Of a stretch of 64,000 nucleotides of DNA, positions 54,275 through 63,615 are shown piece by piece. Under the pieces are notes generated by a model. The model had not been told where the DNA came from, did not search any database, and was given only the letters and a program-made list of their open reading frames with translations. The stretch is from the NCBI GenBank assembly GCA_947085345.1, contig CAMTWC010000016.1:5657-69656 (forward strand), written 5' to 3'. Origin of the DNA: an uncultured Gammaproteobacteria bacterium (GTDB lineage: Bacteria; Pseudomonadota; Gammaproteobacteria; Burkholderiales; Thiobacillaceae). The stretch's first letter is position 1; each line of letters opens with the position of its first letter. A program made the translations under genes and the position numbers.

Positions 54275-54934
54275 ATGAGCACCTTCAACCTTGTCGAAAG
54301 CCCTTTTGATCCCAAGCAGGCCATCGTCGATGCCGTTGTCAACGCCGGCGACCCGTGGATCCACGAAATCAAGAAGGGCCAGATCTTCCGCATCCTCGAC
54401 CTCGAAGGCAACCAGGCGGTCGACACGCTGTTCTACAACGCCCGCGCCCCCGAGGAACGCTACAGCGCCGCCGACACCGTGCGCGCGCAGGGTGCGCTCT
54501 ATCTCACCGCCGGCACCCAGCTGATGTCGACCGAGGGCAGGGCGATGCTGACGATTACCGCCGACACCTGCGGCCGCCACGACACGCTCGGCGGCGCCTG
54601 CTCGTGCGAGAGCAACGCCGTGCGCTACGCGCTCGACAAGCGGCCGATGCATTCCTGCCGTGACAGCTTCCTGCATGCGCTCGCGCACTACGACGGCGGG
54701 CTCACCAAGCGCGACATCACCAGCAACATCAACTTCTTCATGAACGTGCCGGTGACGCGTGAGGGCGGCCTGACCTTCGCCGACGGCGTGTCGGCGCCCG
54801 GCAAATATGTGGAAATGCGCGCCGAGATGGACGTGCTGTGCCTGATCTCCAACTGCCCTCAGCTCAACAATCCGTGCAACGCCTACAACCCGACGCCGGT
54901 CCGGGTGCTGATCTGGGACGCGCCCAAACAATAA
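54275..54934 (+). CDS. cgdB: Carboxyguanidine deiminase subunit (urea carboxylase-associated protein, DUF1989)
   Basis: [55 protein letters not shown]. Confidence 0.85.
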   Translation: MSTFNLVESPFDPKQAIVDAVVNAGDPWIHEIKKGQIFRILDLEGNQAVDTLFYNARAPEERYSAADTVRAQGALYLTAGTQLMSTEGRAMLTITADTCGRHDTLGGACSCESNAVRYALDKRPMHSCRDSFLHALAHYDGGLTKRDITSNINFFMNVPVTREGGLTFADGVSAPGKYVEMRAEMDVLCLISNCPQLNNPCNAYNPTPVRVLIWDAPKQ

Positions 54935-54941
54935 AACCTGA

Positions 54942-54985
54942 CGGCGGGACGCCCCGCCGCGGAGACTGCACGCGGGACGACCCGC
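54942..54985 (+). ncRNA. Guanidine-II (mini-ykkC)-like riboswitch internal to the operon
   Basis: CGGCGGG-ACGC-CCCGCCG (54942-54959), 12-nt linker, GCGGG-ACGA-CCCGC (54972-54985), immediately followed by the SD AAGGA and ATG 54999; first loop ACGC deviates from ACGR. Confidence 0.7.
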
Positions 54986-54998
54986 AAGGAAGCAAAAC

Positions 54999-57900
54999 AT
55001 GTTCGACAAGGTTCTCATCGCCAACCGCGGCGCCATCGCCTGCCGCATCATCCGCACCCTGCGCACGATGGGGGTGAAATCGGTCGCCGTCTATTCCGAG
55101 GCCGACCGTCATTCGCTGCACGTGCGCCTCGCCGACGAGGCTGTCGAGATCGGACCGGCGCCGGCGGCGCAGAGCTACCTGCGCGCCGAGAAGATTCTCG
55201 AAGCGGCCAAGGCCACCGGCGCCCAGGCGATCCATCCGGGCTACGGCTTCCTTTCCGAGAACCCCGGCTTCGCTGAGGACTGCGCGGCAGCGGGCATCGC
55301 CTTCATCGGGCCGAGTCCTGCGCAGATGCGCGCCTTCGGCCTCAAGCACACCGCGCGCGACCTGGCCGAGCACAACAAGGTGCCGCTGCTGCCGGGTTCC
55401 GGCCTGCTCGCGGACGCCGGCCACGCCCAGGCCGAGGCCGCGCGCATCGGCTACCCGGTGATGCTGAAGAGCACCGCCGGCGGCGGCGGCATCGGCATGC
55501 GCTTGATCTGGAGCGCCGACGAACTGGTCGAAGCCTTCCAGTCGGTCGAGCGGCTGGCCCGCGCCAACTTCAAGGAGGCCGGCATTTTTCTCGAAAAATA
55601 CGTCGAGCGCGCGCGCCATATCGAAGTGCAGATCTTCGGCGACGGCCGCGGCCACGTGGTCGCGCTGGGCGAGCGCGATTGCTCGGTGCAGCGTCGCAAC
55701 CAGAAAGTGATCGAGGAAACCCCCGCACCCGGCCTCACCGACATGCAACGTGAGCAATTGCGCGCTACCGCGGTGCGCCTGGGCGAGGCCGTCGGCTACC
55801 GCTCCGCCGGCACCGTCGAATTCGTGTACGACACCTTGAGCGGCGCGTTCTATTTCCTGGAAGTGAACACGCGCCTGCAGGTCGAGCACGGCGTCACCGA
55901 GGAAGTCACCGGCGTCGATCTGGTCGAGTGGATGGTGAAGGAGGCTGCCGGCGAGCTGGACTTGTCCGGCTTCAGGGCCGAACCCAAGGGCGCGTCCATG
56001 CAGGTGCGCCTCTACGCCGAAGACCCGGGCAAGGATTTCCAGCCCGCCGCCGGCGTATTGACCGAAGTGGTGTTTCCGGCCGACGCCCGCATCGAAACCT
56101 GGGTCGAGCGCGGTTCCGACGTGTCGCCGTTCTACGACCCCATGGTCGCCAAGATCATCGTCAAGGGCAGCGACCGTGCCGAGGCGCTGGCCAAGATGCA
56201 GCGGGTGCTCGCGCACACACGCGTCGCCGGCATCGAGACCAACCTCGGTTACCTCGCCCAGATCGTGCGCGACGCGGTGTTCAGGGAGGGGCGCCAGACC
56301 ACGCGCTACCTCAACGCCTTCCACTACCGCCCGGCGACCCTCGACGTCATCGAGCCCGGCGTGCAGAGCAGCATCCAGGACTGGCCGGGACGCACCGGTT
56401 ACTGGGACGTCGGCGTGCCGCCCTCCGGTCCGATGGATGCGCTGGCGCTGCGCCTCGCCAATAAACTGGCGGGCAATGAAGAGGGTGCGGCTGGACTGGA
56501 ACTGACGGTGGCCGGCCCCACGCTGCGCTTCAACTGCGACAGCGTGATCGCGCTGGCCGGCGCCGATATGGGCGCCGAACTCGAGGGACAGCCGCTCGCC
56601 AACTGGGCCGCGCATGCGGTGAAGGCCGGCTCGCTGCTGAAACTGGGTGCCATCAGGGACACCGGCTGTCGCGCCTACCTCGCGGTGCGCGGCGGCTTCG
56701 ACGTGCCGGATTATCTCGGCAGCAAAGCCACCTTCACCCTCGGCCAGTTCGGCGGCCATGCCGGGCGCACGTTGCGGGCCGGCGACGTGCTGCATATCCC
56801 GCCCGTCACCCCGGCGGACGCCGGGGTCCAGTTGAACGCACTGGATACCGGCATTCACCCGCAAGGGGTAGGCCATGGTTGTAAAGCCGCTGAAGCGGCA
56901 ACAACCATGCACCGCCGGTATGACGATCCTCCCGCCTACACCCACGCCTGGGAAATCGGCGTGCTGTACGGCCCGCACGGCGCACCGGACTTCTTTACCG
57001 ACGCCGACATCGACATGTTCTTTTCCACCGACTGGGAAGTGCATTACAACTCCAGCCGCACCGGCGTACGGTTAATCGGCCCGCGCCCGCAGTGGGCGCG
57101 CAAGGACGGTGGCGAGGCCGGCCTGCATCCGTCCAACATCCACGACAACGCCTACGCCATCGGCGCGGTCGACTTCACCGGCGACATGCCGGTGATCCTC
57201 GGCCCGGACGGCCCCAGCCTCGGCGGCTTCGTCTGCCCCGCCACCATCGTGCAGGCCGAGCTGTGGAAGATGGGCCAGCTGCGCCCCGGTGACACCGTAC
57301 GTTTCAAGCGCCTGAGCCAGACGCAGGCTGAGCAGATGGAAGCGGAGCAGGATGCCGCCATCGCGACCCTGTCATTCCGGGCTGCGACCCGGAATCCAGA
57401 AATTAGACTGGACCCCGGCACAGGCCGGAATGACGACGAACTCGCCGAACCCGTCCTCCACCGCATCCCCGAAACCGACAACCCCGTCGCCGTGGCCTAC
57501 CGCCGCGCCGGCGACAAATATCTGCTGGTCGAATATGGCCCGCTGGTGCTCGACCTTAACCTGCGCTTCCGCGTGCACGCGCTGATGACCCGGCTGCAGG
57601 CCGATTCCGTGCCGGGCATCCTCGACCTTACCCCCGGCATTCGTTCGCTGCAGGTGCACTACGACTCGCGCGTGCTGCCGCTGCAGAAGCTGATGGAGTT
57701 GCTGCTGGCGGCGGAAAAGGCGCTGCCCGCCATCGAGGACATGCAGGTGCCCACCCGCATCGTACATATCCCGCTGTCGTGGGACGATGCCGCCACGCGG
57801 CTGGCGATCGAGAAATACATGCAGTCGGTGCGCAAGGACGCGCCCTGGTGCCCGAGCAACATCGAGTTCATCCGCCGCATCAACGGACTGGACAGCATCG

Positions 57901-58709
57901 ACGAGGTGAAGCGCATCGTCTTCGACGCCAGCTACCTGGTGCTGGGTTTGGGCGACGTCTATCTAGGCGCGCCGGTGGCGACGCCGGTCGACCCGCGCCA
58001 TCGTCTCGTCACCACCAAATACAACCCCGCCCGCACCTGGACCCCGGAAAACGCCGTCGGCATCGGCGGCGCCTACCTATGCGTCTACGGCATGGAAGGC
58101 CCCGGCGGCTACCAGTTTGTCGGCCGCACCCTGCAGATGTGGAACCGCTGGCGAGCAACCCGAGACTTCACCGGCGGCAAGCCGTGGCTGCTGCGTTTCT
58201 TCGACCAGGTGCGCTTCTTCCCGGTGAGCGAGGCCGAGCTTTTGAAAATCCGCGAGGACTTCCCGCTCGGGCGCTACCAATTGAAGGTGGAGGAAACCAC
58301 CTTCAGCCTGCGCGACTACAACACCTTCCTCGCCGACAACGCCGAGTCCATCGCCGCCTTCAAGGCGCGGCAACAGGCCTCGTTCGACGCCGAGCGCGAA
58401 CGCTGGCGCGCGAGCGGCCAGGCCGAATACGCCAGCGACATCACCGTCGCCGAAGCCTCCACCGACAGCGAACTCGACCTGCCCGAAAACGGCCGCGCCG
58501 TTGCCAGCCACGTCGCCGGCAATGTCTGGAAGGTGGAAGTCGAAGAGGGCGCCGAAGTGAAGCAGGGCGATCCGCTCGTCATCGTCGAATCGATGAAGAT
58601 GGAGTTCGCCGTGCTGGCGCCGTGCGATGGCCGCATCCACAAGGTGTTCTGCCGCGAAGGCGGGCAGGTGAGCGCCGGGCAGGATTTGCTGGTGTTGGTG
58701 AGCGAGTGA
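54999..58709 (+). CDS. uca: Biotin-dependent urea/guanidine carboxylase
   Basis: BC domain (LIANRGAIA, HPGYGFLSEN, ERDCSVQRRNQK, EVNTRLQVEH), CT domain (HDNAYAIG, GPSLGGFVCP, KYNPARTWTP, GPGGYQ), biotin site ESMKME. Confidence 0.96.
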   Translation: MFDKVLIANRGAIACRIIRTLRTMGVKSVAVYSEADRHSLHVRLADEAVEIGPAPAAQSYLRAEKILEAAKATGAQAIHPGYGFLSENPGFAEDCAAAGIAFIGPSPAQMRAFGLKHTARDLAEHNKVPLLPGSGLLADAGHAQAEAARIGYPVMLKSTAGGGGIGMRLIWSADELVEAFQSVERLARANFKEAGIFLEKYVERARHIEVQIFGDGRGHVVALGERDCSVQRRNQKVIEETPAPGLTDMQREQLRATAVRLGEAVGYRSAGTVEFVYDTLSGAFYFLEVNTRLQVEHGVTEEVTGVDLVEWMVKEAAGELDLSGFRAEPKGASMQVRLYAEDPGKDFQPAAGVLTEVVFPADARIETWVERGSDVSPFYDPMVAKIIVKGSDRAEALAKMQRVLAHTRVAGIETNLGYLAQIVRDAVFREGRQTTRYLNAFHYRPATLDVIEPGVQSSIQDWPGRTGYWDVGVPPSGPMDALALRLANKLAGNEEGAAGLELTVAGPTLRFNCDSVIALAGADMGAELEGQPLANWAAHAVKAGSLLKLGAIRDTGCRAYLAVRGGFDVPDYLGSKATFTLGQFGGHAGRTLRAGDVLHIPPVTPADAGVQLNALDTGIHPQGVGHGCKAAEAATTMHRRYDDPPAYTHAWEIGVLYGPHGAPDFFTDADIDMFFSTDWEVHYNSSRTGVRLIGPRPQWARKDGGEAGLHPSNIHDNAYAIGAVDFTGDMPVILGPDGPSLGGFVCPATIVQAELWKMGQLRPGDTVRFKRLSQTQAEQMEAEQDAAIATLSFRAATRNPEIRLDPGTGRNDDELAEPVLHRIPETDNPVAVAYRRAGDKYLLVEYGPLVLDLNLRFRVHALMTRLQADSVPGILDLTPGIRSLQVHYDSRVLPLQKLMELLLAAEKALPAIEDMQVPTRIVHIPLSWDDAATRLAIEKYMQSVRKDAPWCPSNIEFIRRINGLDSIDEVKRIVFDASYLVLGLGDVYLGAPVATPVDPRHRLVTTKYNPARTWTPENAVGIGGAYLCVYGMEGPGGYQFVGRTLQMWNRWRATRDFTGGKPWLLRFFDQVRFFPVSEAELLKIREDFPLGRYQLKVEETTFSLRDYNTFLADNAESIAAFKARQQASFDAERERWRASGQAEYASDITVAEASTDSELDLPENGRAVASHVAGNVWKVEVEEGAEVKQGDPLVIVESMKMEFAVLAPCDGRIHKVFCREGGQVSAGQDLLVLVSE
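56804..56925. repeat. Palindromic REP-like element read in frame inside uca, with a nested hairpin
   Basis: CGTCA...TGACG ends; CCCCGGC-GGAC-GCCGGGG, TCCAG/CTGGA, TACCGGC...GCCGGTA; right loop holds CATGGTTGT...GCCGC-TGAA-GCGGC...ACAACCATG. Confidence 0.8.
57371..57434. repeat. Second palindromic REP-like element read in frame inside uca
   Basis: Perfect 10-bp terminal IR GTCATTCCGG/CCGGAATGAC; ATTCCGGG-CTGCGA-CCCGGAAT, TCCAG/CTGGA, CCGGC-ACAG-GCCGG. Confidence 0.85.
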
Positions 58710-58719
58710 GGCGCGCAGC

Positions 58720-60513
58720 ATGAATGTCTCGCTCGACATCGCCAGCCTGCGCCGCCTGTATCAGTCCGGCGAACTCATTCCGCTTAAACTGGTGGAAGAT
58801 TTGCTTGCCCGTCTGGCCGGCGAGGACTCCCACCGCATCTGGATCACCCGCCTCGATGCTGACGCCCTGCGCGCCTACGCCCGCAAGCTCGAAGGCCAGG
58901 ACATCGCGAGCCTGCCGCTCTACGGCATCCCCTTCGCCATCAAGGACAACATCGACCTCGCCGGCCTGCCCACCACCGCCGCCTGCCCCGAGTATGCGTA
59001 CACGCCGGAGCGGCACGCCACCGTCGTGCAGCGCCTGATCGACGCCGGCGCCATTGCCATCGGCAAGACCAACCTCGACCAGTTCGCCACAGGCCTCAAT
59101 GGCACCCGCTCGCCCTACGGCGCCTGCCGCAACGCCTTCAACCCCGACTACATCTCCGGCGGCTCCAGCTCCGGCTCGGCGGTGGCGGTGGCGCTCGGGC
59201 TGGCGAGCTTCTCGCTCGGCACCGACACCGCCGGCTCCGGCCGCGTGCCCGCCGCGTTCAACAACCTCGTCGGCCACAAGCCGAGCTGCGGCGCGCTGTC
59301 CACACGCGGCGTGGTTCCCGCCTGCCGCTCGCTCGATGCGGTGTCGATCTTCGCGCTCACCGCCGAGGACGCCGAGCGCGTGCTGGTGGTCGCCGCCGGC
59401 TTCGATGCCGACGATGAATATTCGCGTCCGCTTGCACCGCACGGTTTCGACTTCGGCCGCGCAGCCAATTTCAGATTCGGCGTGCCGACGCAAAAGGATC
59501 TGGAATTCTTCGGCAACGCCGACGCGGAAAGACTGTTCGGCGAGGCGGTGGCACGCATGCAGGCGCTGGGCGGCACGCCAATCGCAGTCGACCTCGCCCC
59601 CTTCCTGGAAACCGCGCGCCTGCTCTACGGCGGCCCCTGGGTCGCCGAGCGCTACCTCGCCATCCGCGACTTCTTCGACGCGCAGTCCGACAAAGTCTTC
59701 CCGCCGGTGCGCGACATCATCGCCGGCGGCCGCGATATCAGCGCCGCCGACACCTTCGCCCATCTCTACAGGCTGCGCGCGGCCAAGCGTGTATGCGATG
59801 CGGTGTGGAACGACATCGACGTCATGCTCACCCCCACCGCCGGGACGATCTATCGCATCGATGAAATGCAGGCCGACCCCATCCGCCTCAATTCCAATCT
59901 CGGCTATTACACCAACTTCATGAACCTGCTCGACCTCGCCGCCACCGCCGTGCCGGCCGGGTTCCAGAATGACGGCCTGCCGTTCGGCGTCACCCTCATC
60001 GCGCCGCCGCATCAGGACGGCCCGCTGCTGCATCTGGCTTCCAGAATGCAGCAGGCGCTCGGTGGCAGGCTGGGCGCCACCACACATGCGCTGCCGCCTG
60101 CCGAGTCGCTGAATCTGCTGCCGGACGGCCAGGTGCGCGTTGCCGTCGTCGGCGCCCATCTCAGCGGCTTGCCGCTCAACCATCAACTCACGGAGCGCAA
60201 TGCGCGTCTGGTAGCCACGACGCAGACCGCGCCGGCCTACCGCTTCTACGCCCTGTCCGACGGCAAGCGCCCCGGCCTCATCAAAGTCCAGGAAGGCGGC
60301 GCCACCATCGCCTGCGAAGTATGGGAAATGCCTGCCGGCCAGTTCGGTTCCTTCGTCGCCGGCATCCCCGCGCCGCTCGGCATCGGCAAGCTGGAACTGG
60401 CCGATGGCTCCGTCGTGAACGGGTTCATCTGCGAAGGCATCGGCGTCGCCGATGCACAGGACATTACGGAATACGGGGGGTGGAAGGCGTGGTTGGCAGG
60501 GCGTGGGAAATGA
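58720..60513 (+). CDS. atzF: Allophanate hydrolase (amidase signature)
   Basis: IKDNID, GKTNLDQFATGL, GGSSSGS, LGTDTAGSGRVPA, YYTNFMNLLD, C-terminal VAVVGAHLSGLPLN domain. Confidence 0.95.
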   Translation: MNVSLDIASLRRLYQSGELIPLKLVEDLLARLAGEDSHRIWITRLDADALRAYARKLEGQDIASLPLYGIPFAIKDNIDLAGLPTTAACPEYAYTPERHATVVQRLIDAGAIAIGKTNLDQFATGLNGTRSPYGACRNAFNPDYISGGSSSGSAVAVALGLASFSLGTDTAGSGRVPAAFNNLVGHKPSCGALSTRGVVPACRSLDAVSIFALTAEDAERVLVVAAGFDADDEYSRPLAPHGFDFGRAANFRFGVPTQKDLEFFGNADAERLFGEAVARMQALGGTPIAVDLAPFLETARLLYGGPWVAERYLAIRDFFDAQSDKVFPPVRDIIAGGRDISAADTFAHLYRLRAAKRVCDAVWNDIDVMLTPTAGTIYRIDEMQADPIRLNSNLGYYTNFMNLLDLAATAVPAGFQNDGLPFGVTLIAPPHQDGPLLHLASRMQQALGGRLGATTHALPPAESLNLLPDGQVRVAVVGAHLSGLPLNHQLTERNARLVATTQTAPAYRFYALSDGKRPGLIKVQEGGATIACEVWEMPAGQFGSFVAGIPAPLGIGKLELADGSVVNGFICEGIGVADAQDITEYGGWKAWLAGRGK

Positions 60514-60540
60514 CTGCAAACAACATCTATCGCAGTTGTT

Positions 60541-60765
60541 TCAATACACCCATTCCTCATGCCGCACGGGCAATTGATTGAGCTGATCCCGGCACAGCCG
60601 CCAGCTCGGCATGAATTGATCCATCAGCGCGACGAAGCGCGCGTTGTGTGTCGGTTCGAGGAGGTGCGTCATTTCATGCACCACAATATATTCGAGACAC
60701 TCGCGCGGTTTCCTGGCCAGGTCGGTGTTGAGGCGGATGCTCTGTTTGGCTGAATTGCAGCCTCC
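60541..60765 (-). pseudogene. 3' fragment of an M48/YgjP-like metallopeptidase
   Basis: My minus-strand translation: GGCNSAKQSIRLNTDLARKPRECLEYIVVHEMTHLLEPTHNARFVALMDQFMPSWR...EEWVY-stop (HExxH); no N-terminal half; absent from the ORF track. Confidence 0.8.
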
Positions 60766-60823
60766 CTGGAATATAGACGTCCTTGCCGCCCACGGGCGTT
60801 GCGGTTAAGCGGGACGAATAAGA

Positions 60824-60844
60824 AAGCGCGCCATTGGCGCGCTT
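60824..60844 (-). terminator. Probable terminator after yajG
   Basis: AAGCGCGCC-ATT-GGCGCGCTT hairpin with TCTT following on the minus strand. Confidence 0.55.
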
Positions 60845-60914
60845 GTCGAAAGCAGCGTCTCAACGCAGGCGAGCGGTGCCGTGTGCAGGCTGCACCCGCC
60901 CCGCGATGCCGGGT

Positions 60915-61535
60915 TTATTTCGAAGCCGCTGTCGATCCGGACGACGCCAGCAGGGCGGACAGGAAGGCCTGGTCTTCGAACAGGGTTTTCAGGCCGCTTT
61001 CGAGCGCGCGCTCCAGCGCGATTTTGGCGTTGTTGCCGCTCGCGAGTTGCGTGTTCTTCTCCATGCCCTGGGCGATGATCTGCTTCGAGAACAGCAGCGC
61101 ACCGCTCTTCGATTTCACGATGACCGACAGGTTCAGGTCGGCCACGGCATCGCCGGCAAAGAAGCCGATTTTGTGATCGTTGTAGAAGCGGGTGATGTCG
61201 GCGGCGATACTGACGAGCGCCGCATCCGAACCAAGCTGGAAGCCTCGGGCCTGAAGCTCTTTCTCGATGGCCTTGCGGACGGTGACGGCGACATCCTCGG
61301 CGGCGGTGATGGGCGCCATCTCCATGCCGTAGCCGTTCTTCTTGCTGCTGACCTTGCTCTTGTCCAGCCGCTGGTCGGCGACCTGCACGTTCACGGCAAC
61401 GGTGTCAGCTCCCGCGATTCTGGAAACGCCCGCCTGCTGGGTGTAATTGAGCTCGACCTGCTCGGTAGTGAGCGCGCAGCCGGACAGGCTGGCGACGGCC
61501 ACGCAGCAAGCGAAGGTCAGTGCGTTTGCTTTCAT
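60915..61535 (-). CDS. YajG-family lipoprotein
   Basis: Lipobox LSGC, VNVQVADQR, VRKAIEKELQARGF, LERALESGLKTLFED. Confidence 0.75.
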   Translation of the reverse strand: MKANALTFACCVAVASLSGCALTTEQVELNYTQQAGVSRIAGADTVAVNVQVADQRLDKSKVSSKKNGYGMEMAPITAAEDVAVTVRKAIEKELQARGFQLGSDAALVSIAADITRFYNDHKIGFFAGDAVADLNLSVIVKSKSGALLFSKQIIAQGMEKNTQLASGNNAKIALERALESGLKTLFEDQAFLSALLASSGSTAASK

Positions 61536-61756
61536 TTTTCTTCCCCCTGATGAATGAACAACGCTGAAACCATTTTCAGCGCGGCCATTATGCGTGTCCG
61601 GCCCGCTGATTCACAAGCGCATAAGCACGCCACCCGTTGCGGCCGCTGGGTACTTGTCTCAGATGCCACCGAGCGCGCAGATTGCCTTCATCATGCCGAT
61701 GAGTACTGCGTCGCCGTTCAGGATTGCTGCGCCACCGCGGAAGCAATAGGCGACGG

Positions 61757-61978
61757 CTATTGCGCCAAACAGAGTGGGGACGCCCATGAGGAGGGCCAAC
61801 TCCAGTTTCCAGGGATCTGCGGGGTTGTCGTCGCCCCGAGGACGGCGCCTTTCACCACGTCCGGAAGAGCGGTCTGCAGCTTTTCATGGAGGGCCTTTTG
61901 CACGCTGTCCGTGATGGCGTTGCTGACCTGCGGGTTCTGCATCGCGGCGATTACCGCGCTCTTGATTTCATCCGGCAT
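61757..61978 (-). CDS. Hypothetical small protein
   Basis: 73-aa ORF MPDEIKSAV... with SD GGAGG; overlaps the end of the SRPBCC ORF. Confidence 0.45.
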   Translation of the reverse strand: MPDEIKSAVIAAMQNPQVSNAITDSVQKALHEKLQTALPDVVKGAVLGATTTPQIPGNWSWPSSWASPLCLAQ

Positions 61979-62570
61979 GGCGTCCTCCCTGTGTGGTTTT
62001 TCTGGCATGGCGGGGTCGACTAAAGCGGCCGGCTGCGTTTTCCGGTTCCCGCGAATTTCTGCTGCCGCCCAACTCGGAAAACGGCTCGAAGCTGACCACC
62101 CGGCTCGCGAGGCGGGCATTGAGCCTGTGCGCCAGGGCTTCGCCGCCGCGCCGCATGATACCGTCATGGTTCCACTTGAACAGGGGGCGCGCCAACGGCG
62201 CCAGCAGGTTCATCCAGGCCGGCGTGGTGCGTACCTGCCAGTCGAAGCGTACGTGCGTCACGCGGCCGTCGGTGGTGAAGGACCAGCGGCCGCGGCCTTC
62301 CACGTCGCCGCTCGCGATGCCCTCGACAACGGCCAGGCGCTCGGCGTGGACCACGCGAATATCGAACGTCAGCCGATAGGGCAGGTGTCCCCGCCAGGTG
62401 TAGCGGCGCACGCTGCCGATGCCGCGGGGGTCGCCCGGGGCGAGTTCCTCGACGCGTTCCACATTGCGCCACCACTGCGGCCAGTTCAGGGAATGGGAGA
62501 TGGCCTCGCAGACCGCATCGATCGGCGCTTCGATGCACCAGACGGTGACCAGGCGGTATTCCATTTTCAT
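61968..62570 (-). CDS. SRPBCC/polyketide cyclase-like (START fold) protein
   Basis: YRLVTVWCIEAP, WPQWWRNVERV, ASGDVEGRGRW, WNHDGIMRRG; C-terminal ~45 aa look like read-through. Confidence 0.8.
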   Translation of the reverse strand: MKMEYRLVTVWCIEAPIDAVCEAISHSLNWPQWWRNVERVEELAPGDPRGIGSVRRYTWRGHLPYRLTFDIRVVHAERLAVVEGIASGDVEGRGRWSFTTDGRVTHVRFDWQVRTTPAWMNLLAPLARPLFKWNHDGIMRRGGEALAHRLNARLASRVVSFEPFSELGGSRNSREPENAAGRFSRPRHARKTTQGGRHAG

Positions 62571-63199
62571 TCCCTTCCGGGATCGAACAGGGTTTCCGCC
62601 ATCGTGGCATTGATTTCCAGGGCGTGCATCGTGACGGTCTCGATGACGGCATCCGCCTGGTTGCTGCTGATCACCTTGAGCGGGAACTGGCTTGCCGTGT
62701 CCAGCCACAGTTCATAGCGGTGCACCCCGGCAACTGCCTGCCCCGGCGCGCCGGTCACCACCAGATGCAGGGCGGTGCGGCCGTCCAGGCGTGCCTCGCC
62801 CACCACCTCCGCCCGGCCCTGCTGCAGCAGGGCGCTGACATTCTCGAACAGCGCCCCGACATCCGACTTGTCCACGGATTGACCGCCCGGGCTGCGGATG
62901 AGCGGGTTGCGCGGATTCAGGCTGAGTTCCGGGAAGCGGCCGGCGCCAAACGGCCACACGCGCACGCGCCGGGTGATCGGGCTGTAGACCAGCACCGCGC
63001 CCGCATGCGGGCGGATGAACTCCATGCGCACAAAGCCGGGCTTCCGGTAGTAATAGCGGATATGGTCCTCGCCCGCGGCATGGGAGGAGCGGAGGGTGAC
63101 CTGGTAGGTCTCGACCGTGCGGTAATGCTCGATGGCGTCATCCAGCGGCGCCAGGCGAGTTGCGGTGAGTGCGGCGGCCAGCATCAGGGCGGCGAGCAT
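62567..63199 (-). CDS. LolA-like exported protein
   Basis: Signal peptide, YRKPGFVRMEFIRPHAGAVLVY, GEARLDGR, LWLDTASQFPLKVI. Confidence 0.65.
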   Translation of the reverse strand: MLAALMLAAALTATRLAPLDDAIEHYRTVETYQVTLRSSHAAGEDHIRYYYRKPGFVRMEFIRPHAGAVLVYSPITRRVRVWPFGAGRFPELSLNPRNPLIRSPGGQSVDKSDVGALFENVSALLQQGRAEVVGEARLDGRTALHLVVTGAPGQAVAGVHRYELWLDTASQFPLKVISSNQADAVIETVTMHALEINATMAETLFDPGRE

Positions 63200-63201
63200 C
63201 G

Positions 63202-63615
63202 CTATTCCACCACGAGCACGCCTTCCATGCCCTTCTCGCGGTGGCTTTCAAGAAACAGCAGCCTGTTCCTGCAATAAAACGGATAGCTGCCGGCGGCGGT
63301 GGGGGTGAAGCGGATGGTTTTGATCTGGCTCGACAGGCTTTCATCGACCGCGATGCCCGTCTCGGGCGCCTGGATGACGAAGCTGTGTGGAATCAGACTC
63401 CGGCCCACGCTGACCGCCAACTCGACCGGCACATTCGACTTCACGATCACCCGCCTGGGCTTGAAGAAATAGGACCCGCCTTCAATCCTGACGCGCTGCA
63501 CGCCATCGGCGGCGATGGCGGCCCGATGAGTTTCCTCGCCGGAAGCGTCGGCACGGCAGGTGCCGTATCCGGCAAGCGCAAAGCAGCACATCAACACTGT
63601 CAGGGCGTATTTCAT
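63202..63615 (-). CDS. Periplasmic cupredoxin-domain protein
   Basis: Signal peptide, FFKPRRVIV, PHSFVI, GSYPFYC...SHREKGMEGVLVV (His/Cys/His/Met type-1 Cu-like). Confidence 0.8.
   Translation of the reverse strand: MKYALTVLMCCFALAGYGTCRADASGEETHRAAIAADGVQRVRIEGGSYFFKPRRVIVKSNVPVELAVSVGRSLIPHSFVIQAPETGIAVDESLSSQIKTIRFTPTAAGSYPFYCRNRLLFLESHREKGMEGVLVVE

Noticed and set aside
54915-54927. Third guanidine-II-like hairpin TGGG-ACGCG-CCCA
   Set aside because: 5-nt loop, 4-bp stem and inside the cgdB coding sequence
60559-60753. Plus-strand 64-aa ORF MPHGQLIELIP...
   Set aside because: It is the antisense shadow of the M48/YgjP fragment, which carries the real conserved motif
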